Notes under the pieces: model-generated
The model's database searches: none
Seen by the model: only the letters and a program-made list of their open reading frames with translations
What the model was told of the DNA's origin: nothing
Translations under genes and position numbers: made by a program
DNA from: Planctomycetales bacterium 4484_113
Lineage (GTDB): Bacteria; 4484-113
Length of the DNA: 49,505 bases
NCBI GenBank assembly: GCA_002050035.1
Contig: MVCR01000010.1
Coordinates: 1 to 49,505, forward strand
Direction of reading: 5' to 3'
Shown: in pieces, positions 42,318-49,505 of the stretch
Numbering within the stretch: position 1 is the first letter of the stretch
How the letters are laid out: each line of letters starts with the position of its first letter

Positions 42318-43733
42318 ATGGGCAAACTGTATGACCTACACTGGCAGATGCCGGTTGACCCGGCGAAACTCAAGAAGACCGCTCCATTCAAGGTCAAGAG
42401 CGTGGAGCCGGTGCATCTCGTCAGTCGTGCACGTCGCCGCACGGCGCTTCAGCGTGCACACTACAACATCTTTAATCTCCGCAGCCGCGATGTTTACATC
42501 GATCTTCTCACCGATTCCGGCACCGGAGCGATGAGTCAAGAGCAGTGGGCTGCTCTGATGATGGGTGATGAGGCCTATGCCGGCAGTGTTTCCTTCGACC
42601 TGCTGCGGGAGACCGTGCGCGACCTGTTCGGCTTCGAGCATGTGCTGCCAGCGCATCAAGGTCGTAGCGCCGAACTCGTGCTGATGAGTCATTTCGTCAG
42701 CAAGGGCAAGACGGTCCCCGGCAATCTGCATTTCGACACGACCTCTGCTCACATCTTCTTCCAGGGCGGTCGGATCCGCGAATTTCCGCAGAAGCGCATC
42801 TTCGACCTCGATGACACCAGCGTGTTTAAAGGCGATATCGACCTGGATCGCTTCTCCGCCTATCTTGCCGGGCACGCAGGACGGGTGCCGCTCGTTATCA
42901 TCACCGCTACCTGCAACAGTGGGGGCGGGCAGCCGGTCTCGATGGCTAACATCCGCGAGGTGGGGCGGCTGTGTCGGAAGTATCACATTCCTCTCTTTGT
43001 TGACTCGGCGCGCATAATGGAGAACGCGTATTTCATTCGCACCTACGAGCCGGGCTACTCGCGTCGCTCCATTCGCAGCATCCTGCGCGAGCTTTACTCG
43101 CATGTGACCGGAATGATAATGAGCGCGAAGAAGGACGGGTTGGTTAATATCGGCGGTCTCATCGCGACGAATGATGGCAAGCTTTACGATGCGCTCAAAC
43201 AGTACACGATTCTCTTTGATGGTTTTCTGACCTACGGCGGGCTGGCGGGGCGTGACCTGGCGGCTGTGGCGACGGGTCTGAGGGAAGGGGCGGATCTGGA
43301 CTACCTGCGCTTTCGGGTGAGCCAGACCGCTTACCTGGCAGCGAGATTGCATCAGCAGGGCATCCGGGTGATGCTGCCTCCTGGCGGGCACGCGGTCTAT
43401 GTGGATGGGCTGGCTTTCTGCCCGCATCTCCACTGGCAGCAGTATCCGGGACAGGCGCTGACACTCGCTCTCTATCTGGAAGGTGGCGTTCGCGCCTGCG
43501 AGATCGGAACCATCCTGCGCGGTCGTGACCCCCGAACCGGACGCGATCGTTTCAACGGACTGGATCTGGTGCGTCTTGCCATTCCACGAAGGGTGTATTC
43601 CTTCGATCAGCTTGACTATGTAGTTTCGGTGCTAGATCGGCTGCACCGGAAATCGGAGCGCATTCGCGGCGTAGTGATTACGAAGGAGCCGAAGGCGCTG
43701 CGCCACTTCACCGCGCGTTTTGCTTTGAGCTAG
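42318..43733 (+). CDS. Beta-eliminating lyase (tryptophanase / tyrosine phenol-lyase family, PLP-dependent)
   Basis: 471 aa. YIDLLTDSGTGAMSQEQWAALMMGDEAYAGS, HQGRSAELVL, FDTTSAH, PLP-lysine context MSAKKDGLVNIGG, FLTYGGLAGRD. Confidence 0.85.
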   Translation: MGKLYDLHWQMPVDPAKLKKTAPFKVKSVEPVHLVSRARRRTALQRAHYNIFNLRSRDVYIDLLTDSGTGAMSQEQWAALMMGDEAYAGSVSFDLLRETVRDLFGFEHVLPAHQGRSAELVLMSHFVSKGKTVPGNLHFDTTSAHIFFQGGRIREFPQKRIFDLDDTSVFKGDIDLDRFSAYLAGHAGRVPLVIITATCNSGGGQPVSMANIREVGRLCRKYHIPLFVDSARIMENAYFIRTYEPGYSRRSIRSILRELYSHVTGMIMSAKKDGLVNIGGLIATNDGKLYDALKQYTILFDGFLTYGGLAGRDLAAVATGLREGADLDYLRFRVSQTAYLAARLHQQGIRVMLPPGGHAVYVDGLAFCPHLHWQQYPGQALTLALYLEGGVRACEIGTILRGRDPRTGRDRFNGLDLVRLAIPRRVYSFDQLDYVVSVLDRLHRKSERIRGVVITKEPKALRHFTARFALS

Positions 43734-43779
43734 TCTGCCCACACTTATGGCTCGGTGGGGGCGACGAAAGGGAGACCAT

Positions 43780-45102
43780 ATGGCGAGGAAACGAGTTGTT
43801 TTAATCGGCGCTGCAGGTCGTGATTTCCACGACTTCAATACCGTTTTTCGTGAGAACGAAGAGTTTGACGTGGTCGCCTTCACGGCGACGCAGATTCCGG
43901 ATATCGAGGGACGCGTCTATCCGCCTTCGCTGGCGGGAAAGCTCTACCCGCGGGGCATACCTATCGAACCGATGGACGACCTGGAGAAACTCATCGCCGA
44001 GCTGGAAGTGGATGTCTGCTACTTCTGCTATTCCGACATTTCCTACCAGGATGTGATGTCGGTGGGAGCACGCGTGCTCAGTGCCGGTGCCGAGTTTGCG
44101 TTCCTCGGTCCGTTTGAGACGATGCTTCCAGCGAGCAAGCCAGTGATTGCCGTGGTGGCGGCACGCACCGGTTGCGGGAAGAGCCAGACCGCACGCTTCC
44201 TCACGCGTGAGCTTAACGAGATGGGCCAGCGGGTGGCAGTGGTACGTCATCCGATGCCGTATGGCAACCTGGAAGCGCAGCGGGTGCAGAAGTTCGAAAC
44301 CATTGAAGACCTCTCACGCCAGCACTGCACTATTGAGGAGATGGAGGAATACGAGCCTCACATTACGGCGGGGAATGTCGTTTTCGCGGGTGTGGACTAT
44401 GCCGAGGTGCTTGCCGCGGCGGAGGAAGCGGCAGATGTGGTGCTCTGGGACGGCGGCAACAACGATACTTGCTTCTTCCGTCCGCGTCTCACCATCACCC
44501 TGACCGACCCGCATCGCGCGGGACACGAACTCTCCTATTACCCCGGCGAGCTCAATCTGCGCTTTGCCGATGTTGTGCTAATCAATAAGGTGGACACTGG
44601 GGACTCGCAGCAGATAGCCGCCATGGAACGTAATGTCCGTTCGGTGAATCCGCGAGCGCAGATACTCCACGCGAGATCACCCGTCGTGGCAGAGCATCCA
44701 GAGCTGATTCAGGGTAGGCGAGTGCTTGCGGTAGAGGATGGCCCGACGGTGACTCATGGGGGGATGAGTTTCGGTGCCGCCTATATCGCCGCCACGGAGC
44801 ATCAAGCGGCGGAAATCATCGACCCCCGCCAGTATGCTACCGGCAGCATTCAGGACGCCTACAGGAAGTACCCACACCTGAAGAACGTGCTGCCGGCGCT
44901 GGGCTACTCGGAAGCGCAGCTCACCGAGCTTGCAGAGACGATTGCGCGTGTTCCCTGTGATGCCGTGCTGGTAGGAACCCCCATTGACCTCTCGCGGGTA
45001 ATTGGGATTCAGCAGCCCACGGTGCGTGTGCAGTATTCGCTTGAGGAAGTGAAGCCAGGTGCTCTGCGGTCGGTCTTGGAGCAGACGCTGCTGTCGGGAT
45101 AG
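43780..45102 (+). CDS. COG2403-like P-loop protein (cyclic 2,3-diphosphoglycerate synthetase family)
   Basis: I chose the start at MARKRVVLIGAAGRDFHDFN (ATG 43780). Walker A VVAARTGCGKSQT. The length and N-terminal motif match my memory of the COG2403 family. Confidence 0.55.
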   Translation: MARKRVVLIGAAGRDFHDFNTVFRENEEFDVVAFTATQIPDIEGRVYPPSLAGKLYPRGIPIEPMDDLEKLIAELEVDVCYFCYSDISYQDVMSVGARVLSAGAEFAFLGPFETMLPASKPVIAVVAARTGCGKSQTARFLTRELNEMGQRVAVVRHPMPYGNLEAQRVQKFETIEDLSRQHCTIEEMEEYEPHITAGNVVFAGVDYAEVLAAAEEAADVVLWDGGNNDTCFFRPRLTITLTDPHRAGHELSYYPGELNLRFADVVLINKVDTGDSQQIAAMERNVRSVNPRAQILHARSPVVAEHPELIQGRRVLAVEDGPTVTHGGMSFGAAYIAATEHQAAEIIDPRQYATGSIQDAYRKYPHLKNVLPALGYSEAQLTELAETIARVPCDAVLVGTPIDLSRVIGIQQPTVRVQYSLEEVKPGALRSVLEQTLLSG

Positions 45103-45122
45103 CATACAGCGAAGGGAAGAGA

Positions 45123-45148
45123 GAAGGCGGCTCTTCCGAGCCGCCTTC
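45123..45148. terminator. Bidirectional stem-loop terminator between convergent genes
   Basis: Perfect 11-bp stem GAAGGCGGCTC (45123-45133), loop TTCC, GAGCCGCCTTC (45138-45148). The flank is T-rich on the hup (minus) side. Confidence 0.7.
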
Positions 45149-45177
45149 ATACGCTGCAAATCAGTGGCCGGTTAAGG

Positions 45178-45465
45178 CTACTTGCGTACCGCGTCCTTGA
45201 GGCTCTTCCCGGCAGTGAACCTGGGTACGCGTGTCGCCTTGATGGTGATACGCTTGCCCGTTTGCGGGTTAACGCCCATGCGCTTCTTGCGATGCGCCAC
45301 CGCGAAGGTTCCGAAGCCGGTGAGCTGCACCTTGTGGCCCTTCTTGAGGGCGTTAGTGATTTCCATCACCGTCGAGTCAACAATCGCCTTTGCCTTGGTC
45401 TTCTCGACCTTGGCCCGCTTGGCCACTTGGGCAATCAAGTCGCTCTTGCGTATCGACTTAGCCAT
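45178..45465 (-). CDS. hup: HU/IHF-family DNA-binding protein
   Basis: 95 aa. MAKSIRKSDLIAQVAKRA...VQLTGFGTFAVAHRKKRMGVNPQTGKRITIKATRVPRFTAGKSLKDAV. AAGGGGG Shine-Dalgarno. Confidence 0.93.
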   Translation of the reverse strand: MAKSIRKSDLIAQVAKRAKVEKTKAKAIVDSTVMEITNALKKGHKVQLTGFGTFAVAHRKKRMGVNPQTGKRITIKATRVPRFTAGKSLKDAVRK

Positions 45466-45492
45466 ATTAACCCCCTTGGTTAAGGATACTCT

Positions 45493-45501
45493 ATTCTACC
45501 A
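45493..45501 (-). promoter_or_regulatory. Extended -10 (TGGTAGAAT) for hup
   Basis: The reverse complement of 45493-45501 is TGGTAGAAT. It ends 27 nt upstream of ATG 45465. Confidence 0.55.
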
Positions 45502-45623
45502 CACTCTTCCCTGCTTAACAAGAGGTTTTGCCAGTGCTGGAGCGGAAATCTTTGCCCAGCGCGATTCTCGCCTTCTCCTGCACCCGAACGTGCGGCGTCG
45601 ACGTTGTCCGCGCTGCCATAGGG

Positions 45624-45629
45624 TATAAT
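45624..45629 (+). promoter_or_regulatory. -10 element (TATAAT) 7 nt upstream of the GTG start of the TPR lipoprotein gene
   Basis: GGGTATAAT ends at 45629. The only plausible start that preserves the signal peptide is GTG 45637. Confidence 0.4.
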
Positions 45630-45636
45630 CGGTGAT

Positions 45637-46059
45637 GTGAGATCCGTTAGCCTGCTGCTCGTCTTTGGTTATGTGCTTGGGCAGTTTCTCTCCTGCAGCT
45701 CGCCGGCGCAAAACCAGCTCAACCGTGCCAATACGCTTTTCGCCGCACACCGCTATGAAGAAGCGCTGGCGGCGCTGGACAAGGGGCTCAACTGCGAGCC
45801 CGATTCGCCGGTGCTTACTTTCCGCCGGGGGCAGGTGCTGGTGAAGCTTGAGCGGTGGGAAGAAGTCAAAGCAGCCTTCAGCCGGTTTCTTGAGCTAACC
45901 GCTGACGATGCCGACTCGTGGAGTTCCGAGCGCTGGGAAGCTGACTTCTATGTGAAACTGGCGAAGCAGGCGCTGGGTGAAGAAGTCCCGCTTGAACATC
46001 GCGAGAAGTTCAAAGAGAACCCGGACACCATGGGCGGCATCCACGTAGTAACCAATTGA
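45637..46059 (+). CDS. Small secreted/lipoprotein-like TPR protein
   Basis: 140 aa. Signal (M)RSVSLLLVFGYVLGQFLSC. TPR-like helices ANTLFAAHRYEEALAALDKGLNCEPDSPVLTFRRGQVLVKLERWEEVKAAFSRFLEL. Confidence 0.6.
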   Translation: MRSVSLLLVFGYVLGQFLSCSSPAQNQLNRANTLFAAHRYEEALAALDKGLNCEPDSPVLTFRRGQVLVKLERWEEVKAAFSRFLELTADDADSWSSERWEADFYVKLAKQALGEEVPLEHREKFKENPDTMGGIHVVTN

Positions 46060-46060
46060 G

Positions 46061-46825
46061 ATGGACGCTCGCCAGCAAATCCTGGGAGTCATTCCGGCTC
46101 GCTTTGGCTCCACGCGCTTCCCCGGCAAGCCACTCACCCTCATTGCCGGCAGGAGCCTGGTGGCGCGGGTTTACGAACGGGCGCGTCAGGCAAGTGAGCT
46201 ATCCCGCGTGCTCGTTGCCACGGACGACAAGCGCATTGCTGAGCACTGCGAGGAGCTTGGCATTGAGGCGGTGATGACTGCGCAGACGCATCGAAGCGGT
46301 ACCGACCGAGTTGCCGAGGTTGCCGAACGCTTCCCGGCCTTTGGCTACGTGAACATCCAGGGAGATGAGCCAATGATCCCGCCGGCGGCAATCGACTCTC
46401 TGGTGCAGACGGCGCGAGCGGCGAGTGCGGGCATCGCCACGCTGGTATGCCCGATTGCCCCTCAGGAGAATGCATTGCTCGAGGATCCCAATGTGGTCAA
46501 GGTGGTGCAAGCGCTGGACGGGCATGCGCTCTACTTCTCGCGGCTGCCTGTTCCATTTCCCCGTCATCCTGAATCGGCGCGCTACTACCAGCACATCGGC
46601 ATTTACTACTTCACTCGTGAAGCGCTGCAGGATTTCGCCGCGCTTACGGCAACGCCGCTGGAGCTGACCGAGTCTCTGGAGCAGTTGCGGGCGTTGGAGC
46701 ACGGCCGTCGCATCCTCACGGTGGAGTTCCCTTACCGTCCGCTTTCCGTCGACACTCCGGATGATGTGGCGCTCGTAGAAGCACGCCTTGCGGAAGAAGA
46801 CAGGAAAGACCATCAACCGCAGTGA
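46061..46825 (+). CDS. kdsB: 3-deoxy-manno-octulosonate cytidylyltransferase (CMP-KDO synthetase)
   Basis: ILGVIPARFGSTRFPGKPL..I.G.SL...VYERA...V.VATDD.RI...C...G......T...H.SGTDR.AEV......Y.VNIQGDEP. Its presence implies an LPS-containing outer membrane. Confidence 0.9.
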   Translation: MDARQQILGVIPARFGSTRFPGKPLTLIAGRSLVARVYERARQASELSRVLVATDDKRIAEHCEELGIEAVMTAQTHRSGTDRVAEVAERFPAFGYVNIQGDEPMIPPAAIDSLVQTARAASAGIATLVCPIAPQENALLEDPNVVKVVQALDGHALYFSRLPVPFPRHPESARYYQHIGIYYFTREALQDFAALTATPLELTESLEQLRALEHGRRILTVEFPYRPLSVDTPDDVALVEARLAEEDRKDHQPQ

Positions 46826-48063
46826 GTGCATTCCTCTCCAATCTGAAGATTGCGTGGCGCAACCTGTTGGCTAACAAGATGCGCTCGTTGCTCACGCTTC
46901 TCGGAATGATCATCGGTGTAGCGGCGGTGATGTCCATCGTCAGTCTCGGCGAAGGGCTTAAGCTCTTCTTCGCCAGCGAGTTCACAGAACTAGGGAATGA
47001 CGTCATCTACATCATGCCCAAGGAGGTAATGCGCTCAGGGCAGATAGCGGGCGAGGGCGGGGTGAAGAATTTCACCATTGACGATGTGGATGCACTCAAG
47101 CGCAACACGACGCTGCTTTCAACTGTGCAGGCGGGAATGCGCGTGATTCGTGAGGTAAACTACGAGGGCGAAACCTACATGGCTTTCGTGGAAGGAGGAG
47201 ATCCCGATTACTTCAATATGCCGTCGATGGTAGTTGAACACGGCGAGGGATTCACTCAGGGAGATATGAAGGGGCGGAAACGGGTGGCCGTTATTGGCGC
47301 TGGCGTTCGCAAACGCCTCTTCCCCTCCTTCGAGAGTCCGCTCGGTCACGTGATCAAGATTGGCGGCAGCAACTTCACGGTTATAGGCGTGCTCAAGCAG
47401 AAGGGGGGGTTCGGCGGCGGTCCCAGCGAGGACGATTTCATTATCGTTCCCTTGACCACGATGTATGAGCGCATCACCGGCACGGACGAAGTATTCTACA
47501 TCTTGGCACGGGTGAAGGATATAACGAGGCTTGAGGAGGCGAAAGCGGAGGTCAACCGCGTGCTGGCGGCGCGGCGGCACCTCAAGGACCCGACGAAAGC
47601 CGACTACGAGCTGATGACTCCCGCCGACTGGATGGAGTTCGGCACTCGCTTCGTCAATATCCTGGTGATGGTTTTCGGCGCTGTGGCGGTGGTCTCACTC
47701 CTGGTCGGTGGCATCGGCATTATGAACATTATGCTTGTGACCGTGACCGAGCGCACGCGCGAGATAGGCCTGCGCATGGCGCTTGGAGCAGGACGAGTGA
47801 CGGTGCTCGGTCAGTTTCTCTTGGAGGCGGTTGTGCTCACGCTTCTCGGCGGCGTAATCGGGCTGGTTGCCGGATGGGGCTTGGCGCTGGTAATGAGTGC
47901 TCTGCTGACGAAGTTGATTCGAGCTTCCTGGACTCCCGCGATTCCCGTGAACATCGCGGCAATTGCGCTTCTGGTGAGTATCGGTATTGGCGTTGTTTTC
48001 GGCGTTTATCCCGCCTATCGCGCCAGCCAGCTCGATCCCATTGAGGCGTTGCGCTATGAGTGA
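46822..48063 (+). CDS. MacB/FtsX-type ABC transporter permease
   Basis: 413 aa with a GTG start in a GTGA overlap with kdsB. N-terminus AWRNLLANKMRSLLTLLGMIIGVAAVMSIVSLGEG, a periplasmic MacB_PCD-like domain, and the FtsX C-terminal core GGIGIMNIMLVTVTERTREIGLRMALGA...YPAYRASQLDPIEALRYE. Confidence 0.88.
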   Translation: MSAFLSNLKIAWRNLLANKMRSLLTLLGMIIGVAAVMSIVSLGEGLKLFFASEFTELGNDVIYIMPKEVMRSGQIAGEGGVKNFTIDDVDALKRNTTLLSTVQAGMRVIREVNYEGETYMAFVEGGDPDYFNMPSMVVEHGEGFTQGDMKGRKRVAVIGAGVRKRLFPSFESPLGHVIKIGGSNFTVIGVLKQKGGFGGGPSEDDFIIVPLTTMYERITGTDEVFYILARVKDITRLEEAKAEVNRVLAARRHLKDPTKADYELMTPADWMEFGTRFVNILVMVFGAVAVVSLLVGGIGIMNIMLVTVTERTREIGLRMALGAGRVTVLGQFLLEAVVLTLLGGVIGLVAGWGLALVMSALLTKLIRASWTPAIPVNIAAIALLVSIGIGVVFGVYPAYRASQLDPIEALRYE

Positions 48064-48081
48064 GCAGCGAGCGATTTGGCA

Positions 48082-49326
48082 ATGAACCTGCAGTTCGTGA
48101 ACAGTGTGCGCATGGCTTGGCGAAGTCTTATGCAGAACAAGATGCGCTCGTTGCTCACGCTGTTGGGAATGATCATCGGGGTTGGTGCTGTCATCGCCAT
48201 TGTCAGTCTGGGTGAGGGATTGAAGACATCCTTTATCGGCGAAGTTGGGTCCTTCGGGAACACCTCGCTTTACATTGTGCCCAAGGCTCCGACTCAGCGC
48301 GGTCGCTCCTATTTTGCGGGCAGAGTGGAGCTGTTCAAGCGTGCGGACGCCGAAGCCCTCGCGCGCGAATCCACGCACATCTCCAATGTCTTCCCCGGTC
48401 TGAACCGAGGCGTTACCGTGAAGTACAGCAATCGCACCATGAGGGTGACCGCTGAAGGCGTGCTGCCGGATTACTTCTACGGGCCGCTCACCGAACTTGA
48501 TGCAGGACGACCGTTCAACGAAGCGGAAGAGAAGGGCGCCAGCCGTGTCGCCGTGATTGGCTACGACGTGCGCAACGACCTCATTCCCGCCTTCGAGGAC
48601 CCCATCGGCAAGACGATAAAAGTGCGAAACCAGAACTTCACCGTTGTCGGCACTCTCAAGCAGAAGGGCAGCATGGGTGGCGGGTCGAGCTCAGACAAAC
48701 GAATCTACGTCCCCCTCAGCACGATGCAGCAGCGCATCGCCGGCAGCGACGATATCGAGTACATCATCGCGCTGGCGAAGGACATGACGCAGGTCGAAGC
48801 GGCGAAGGACGAAGTGCGGCTGGTGATGCGCAAGCGCCGGCGGGTGAGCGATCCCACCCAGGACAACTTCGAGATTTACACGGTCGAGGACTGGATTGGC
48901 TTCGTGAAGCAATTCCTGAATGCCCTGGTGATGGTGTTCGGTTTCGTCGCCGCGATTGCGCTCCTCGTTGGCGGCATCGGGATTATGAACATTATGCTGG
49001 TCACCGTCACCGAGCGCACCCGCGAAATCGGCTTGCGGATGGCGCTGGGGGCGAATCGCATCGCCGTATTGAGTCAGTTCCTGGTTGAGGCGGTGGTGCT
49101 GACACTGGTGGGCGGTGCCATCGGGCTGCTTTTCGGCTGGGGCGTCGGTATCGGCGTGGGTCTCTGGCTGTCGAAGCTGATGAAACTGTCATTCACCGCC
49201 CATGTGCCGGTGCACATCATCCTCCTCACCATCGGGCTTTCCGTCGTCCTGGGGGTAGTTTTCGGCGTCTTCCCCGCCTTCCGCGCCTCGCAGATGGACC
49301 CCGTCCGCGCCATGGGATACGACTAG
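48082..49326 (+). CDS. MacB/FtsX-type ABC transporter permease (tandem paralogue)
   Basis: I used ATG 48082; the track ORF starts at a TTG at 48076. Same architecture as the preceding gene: AWRSLMQNKMRSLLTLLGMIIGVGAVIAIVSLGEG ... GGIGIMNIMLVTVTERTREIGLRMALGA ... FPAFRASQMDPVRAMGYD. Confidence 0.88.
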   Translation: MNLQFVNSVRMAWRSLMQNKMRSLLTLLGMIIGVGAVIAIVSLGEGLKTSFIGEVGSFGNTSLYIVPKAPTQRGRSYFAGRVELFKRADAEALARESTHISNVFPGLNRGVTVKYSNRTMRVTAEGVLPDYFYGPLTELDAGRPFNEAEEKGASRVAVIGYDVRNDLIPAFEDPIGKTIKVRNQNFTVVGTLKQKGSMGGGSSSDKRIYVPLSTMQQRIAGSDDIEYIIALAKDMTQVEAAKDEVRLVMRKRRRVSDPTQDNFEIYTVEDWIGFVKQFLNALVMVFGFVAAIALLVGGIGIMNIMLVTVTERTREIGLRMALGANRIAVLSQFLVEAVVLTLVGGAIGLLFGWGVGIGVGLWLSKLMKLSFTAHVPVHIILLTIGLSVVLGVVFGVFPAFRASQMDPVRAMGYD

Positions 49327-49348
49327 GAGAGCTTGACGAGCCGCTCCC

Positions 49349-49505
49349 CTACCACCAGCGCGTATCCTGTGGAGCCGTGTCCTGCTTATGAGCCGCGAAA
49401 GGCACCGTGTCATCCTCGCTCAGATTCGCCTGGCGGATGATGGTGGCGAGGGTCATATCGTCGATGAGGAAGTGCTGGGAGCGCTGCTTGGAGGGGCGCA
49501 CTCCC
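49349..49505 (-). pseudogene. 5' fragment of a 16S rRNA dimethyladenosine transferase (rsmA/ksgA)-like gene that stops before the SAM-binding motif
   Basis: My reverse-strand translation, open to the right edge, reads ...GVRPSKQRSQHFLIDDMTLATIIRQANLSEDDTV, then PFAAHKQDTAPQDTRWW and a stop (TAG 49351-49349). The first part matches the RsmA N-terminus (K..lGQNFL.D...l..Iv..a.....d.V). The expected (L/I)EIGPGxGxLT motif is absent in all frames. Confidence 0.4.

Noticed and set aside
42336-43433. 365-aa minus-strand ORF antisense to the beta-eliminating lyase gene
   Set aside because: It is a shadow ORF opposite a gene with a clear PLP-lyase signature.
1-49505. CRISPR arrays, transposases, IS elements, prophage genes, toxin-antitoxin pairs, rRNA operons
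   Set aside because: Reading the window turned up no regularly spaced repeats, no recombinase or transposase-like translations and no rRNA-like sequence. The only nucleotide-level repeats are the short ones reported and the paralogous permease segments.

Overview
GC-rich (high 50s to about 60 % by eye, not computed), densely coding bacterial chromosomal segment. I saw no rRNA, CRISPR array, transposase, integrase or prophage genes. It carries about 40 protein genes and one tRNA-Pro(TGG). All family calls rest on motif recognition in the supplied translations; no database search was run.

Housekeeping content: pepP-efp, a phosphofructokinase, a four-subunit 2-oxoacid:ferredoxin oxidoreductase in delta-alpha-beta-gamma order, ychF, metK, lgt, and dnaA. 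dnaA has a cluster of DnaA-box-like sites upstream but no dnaN. Also present are an SDR sugar-nucleotide enzyme, a DUF488-mtnP pair, a tryptophanase-family lyase, a COG2403-like P-loop protein, hup, kdsB and two tandem MacB/FtsX-type permeases.

Accessory content: three very large surface lipoproteins and a PAS/GAF hybrid histidine kinase. Two of the lipoproteins are tandem PKD+Kelch paralogues, one split by a single in-frame TGA; the third combines dockerin-like repeats with FN3. There is also an uninterrupted 12.5-kb minus-strand block (8575-21057) with two parts:
- (i) An envelope-stress operon: ECF sigma, two anti-sigma-like proteins, a B-box membrane protein, a PspC-domain protein and LiaF/toastrack proteins.
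- (ii) Directly downstream, behind its own extended -10 promoter, a non-canonical Hsp70 module. It comprises a 1324-aa TPR solenoid ending in a J-like domain whose HPD triad reads NPE, a GrpE-like protein, a 582-aa Hsp70 and a zinc-ribbon/TPR protein.

The Hsp70 module is my best candidate for an undescribed system. Other points worth a second look:
- the in-frame TGA followed by a SECIS-like hairpin
- an ECF sigma that seems to lack the sigma-4.2 recognition helix, next to duplicated anti-sigma domains
- a near-consensus promoter firing into about 440 nt of apparently non-coding leader
- a strongly G-over-C skewed 340-bp core between divergent promoters
- a recurrent TGnTAGAAT extended -10 motif with several near-leaderless genes
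- an rsmA 5' remnant at the right edge
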